The position numbers were made by a program, and so were the translations under genes. Shown in pieces: positions 63,911 through 64,000 of a stretch of 64,000 nucleotides of DNA. This DNA is from Octopus sinensis. Lineage: Eukaryota. The DNA is taken from contig NC_043000.1 in the NCBI RefSeq assembly GCF_006345805.1, forward strand, positions 148,242,001 through 148,306,000, written 5' to 3'. Below the pieces are notes generated by a model that did not search any database, was not told the DNA's origin, and saw nothing but the letters and a program-made list of their open reading frames with translations. Position 1 is the stretch's first letter; each line of letters opens with the position of its first letter.

Positions 63911-64000
63911 ATTAGTAGCATAGTCGCTGAACTCTGGACTCTCAGTAGGGTCAGTACAAAAGGTAGCCCCTCTTCACCACATGCAATCCCTACATTCAAT

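Overview
AT-rich eukaryotic DNA made mostly of transposon relics and microsatellites. I infer a coleoid cephalopod, probably Octopus, from recognising the repeat families; this was not checked by search. Only one host coding exon is securely identifiable: the large terminal exon of a TNFAIP8/TIPE-family gene (minus strand, 25149-25723), whose first exon I could not locate. The mobile DNA includes several tRNA-headed SINE families, RTE LINE fragments and tails, and a CR1/Jockey-group LINE remnant with a CCCH ORF1. There are also Tx1 and Penelope remnants, a full-length dead mariner, a pogo remnant, two piggyBac-type MITE families, a Merlin-like MITE and two non-autonomous Helitrons. Main observations: (1) a complete minimal type I hammerhead ribozyme with palindromic helix III at 21845-21933, a near-perfect antisense copy of its 3' half about 320 bp upstream, and two further variant or partial hammerheads with different palindromes; (2) three locally templated inverted duplications plus a 510-bp fold-back palindrome; (3) all three catalytic Asp codons of the mariner changed to Asn in a CpG context; (4) an in-frame LINE-LINE chimeric junction; (5) a pre-miRNA-like hairpin. 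Family letters B to I are my own labels. Coordinates and identities were counted by eye, and the ends of degraded repeats are approximate.
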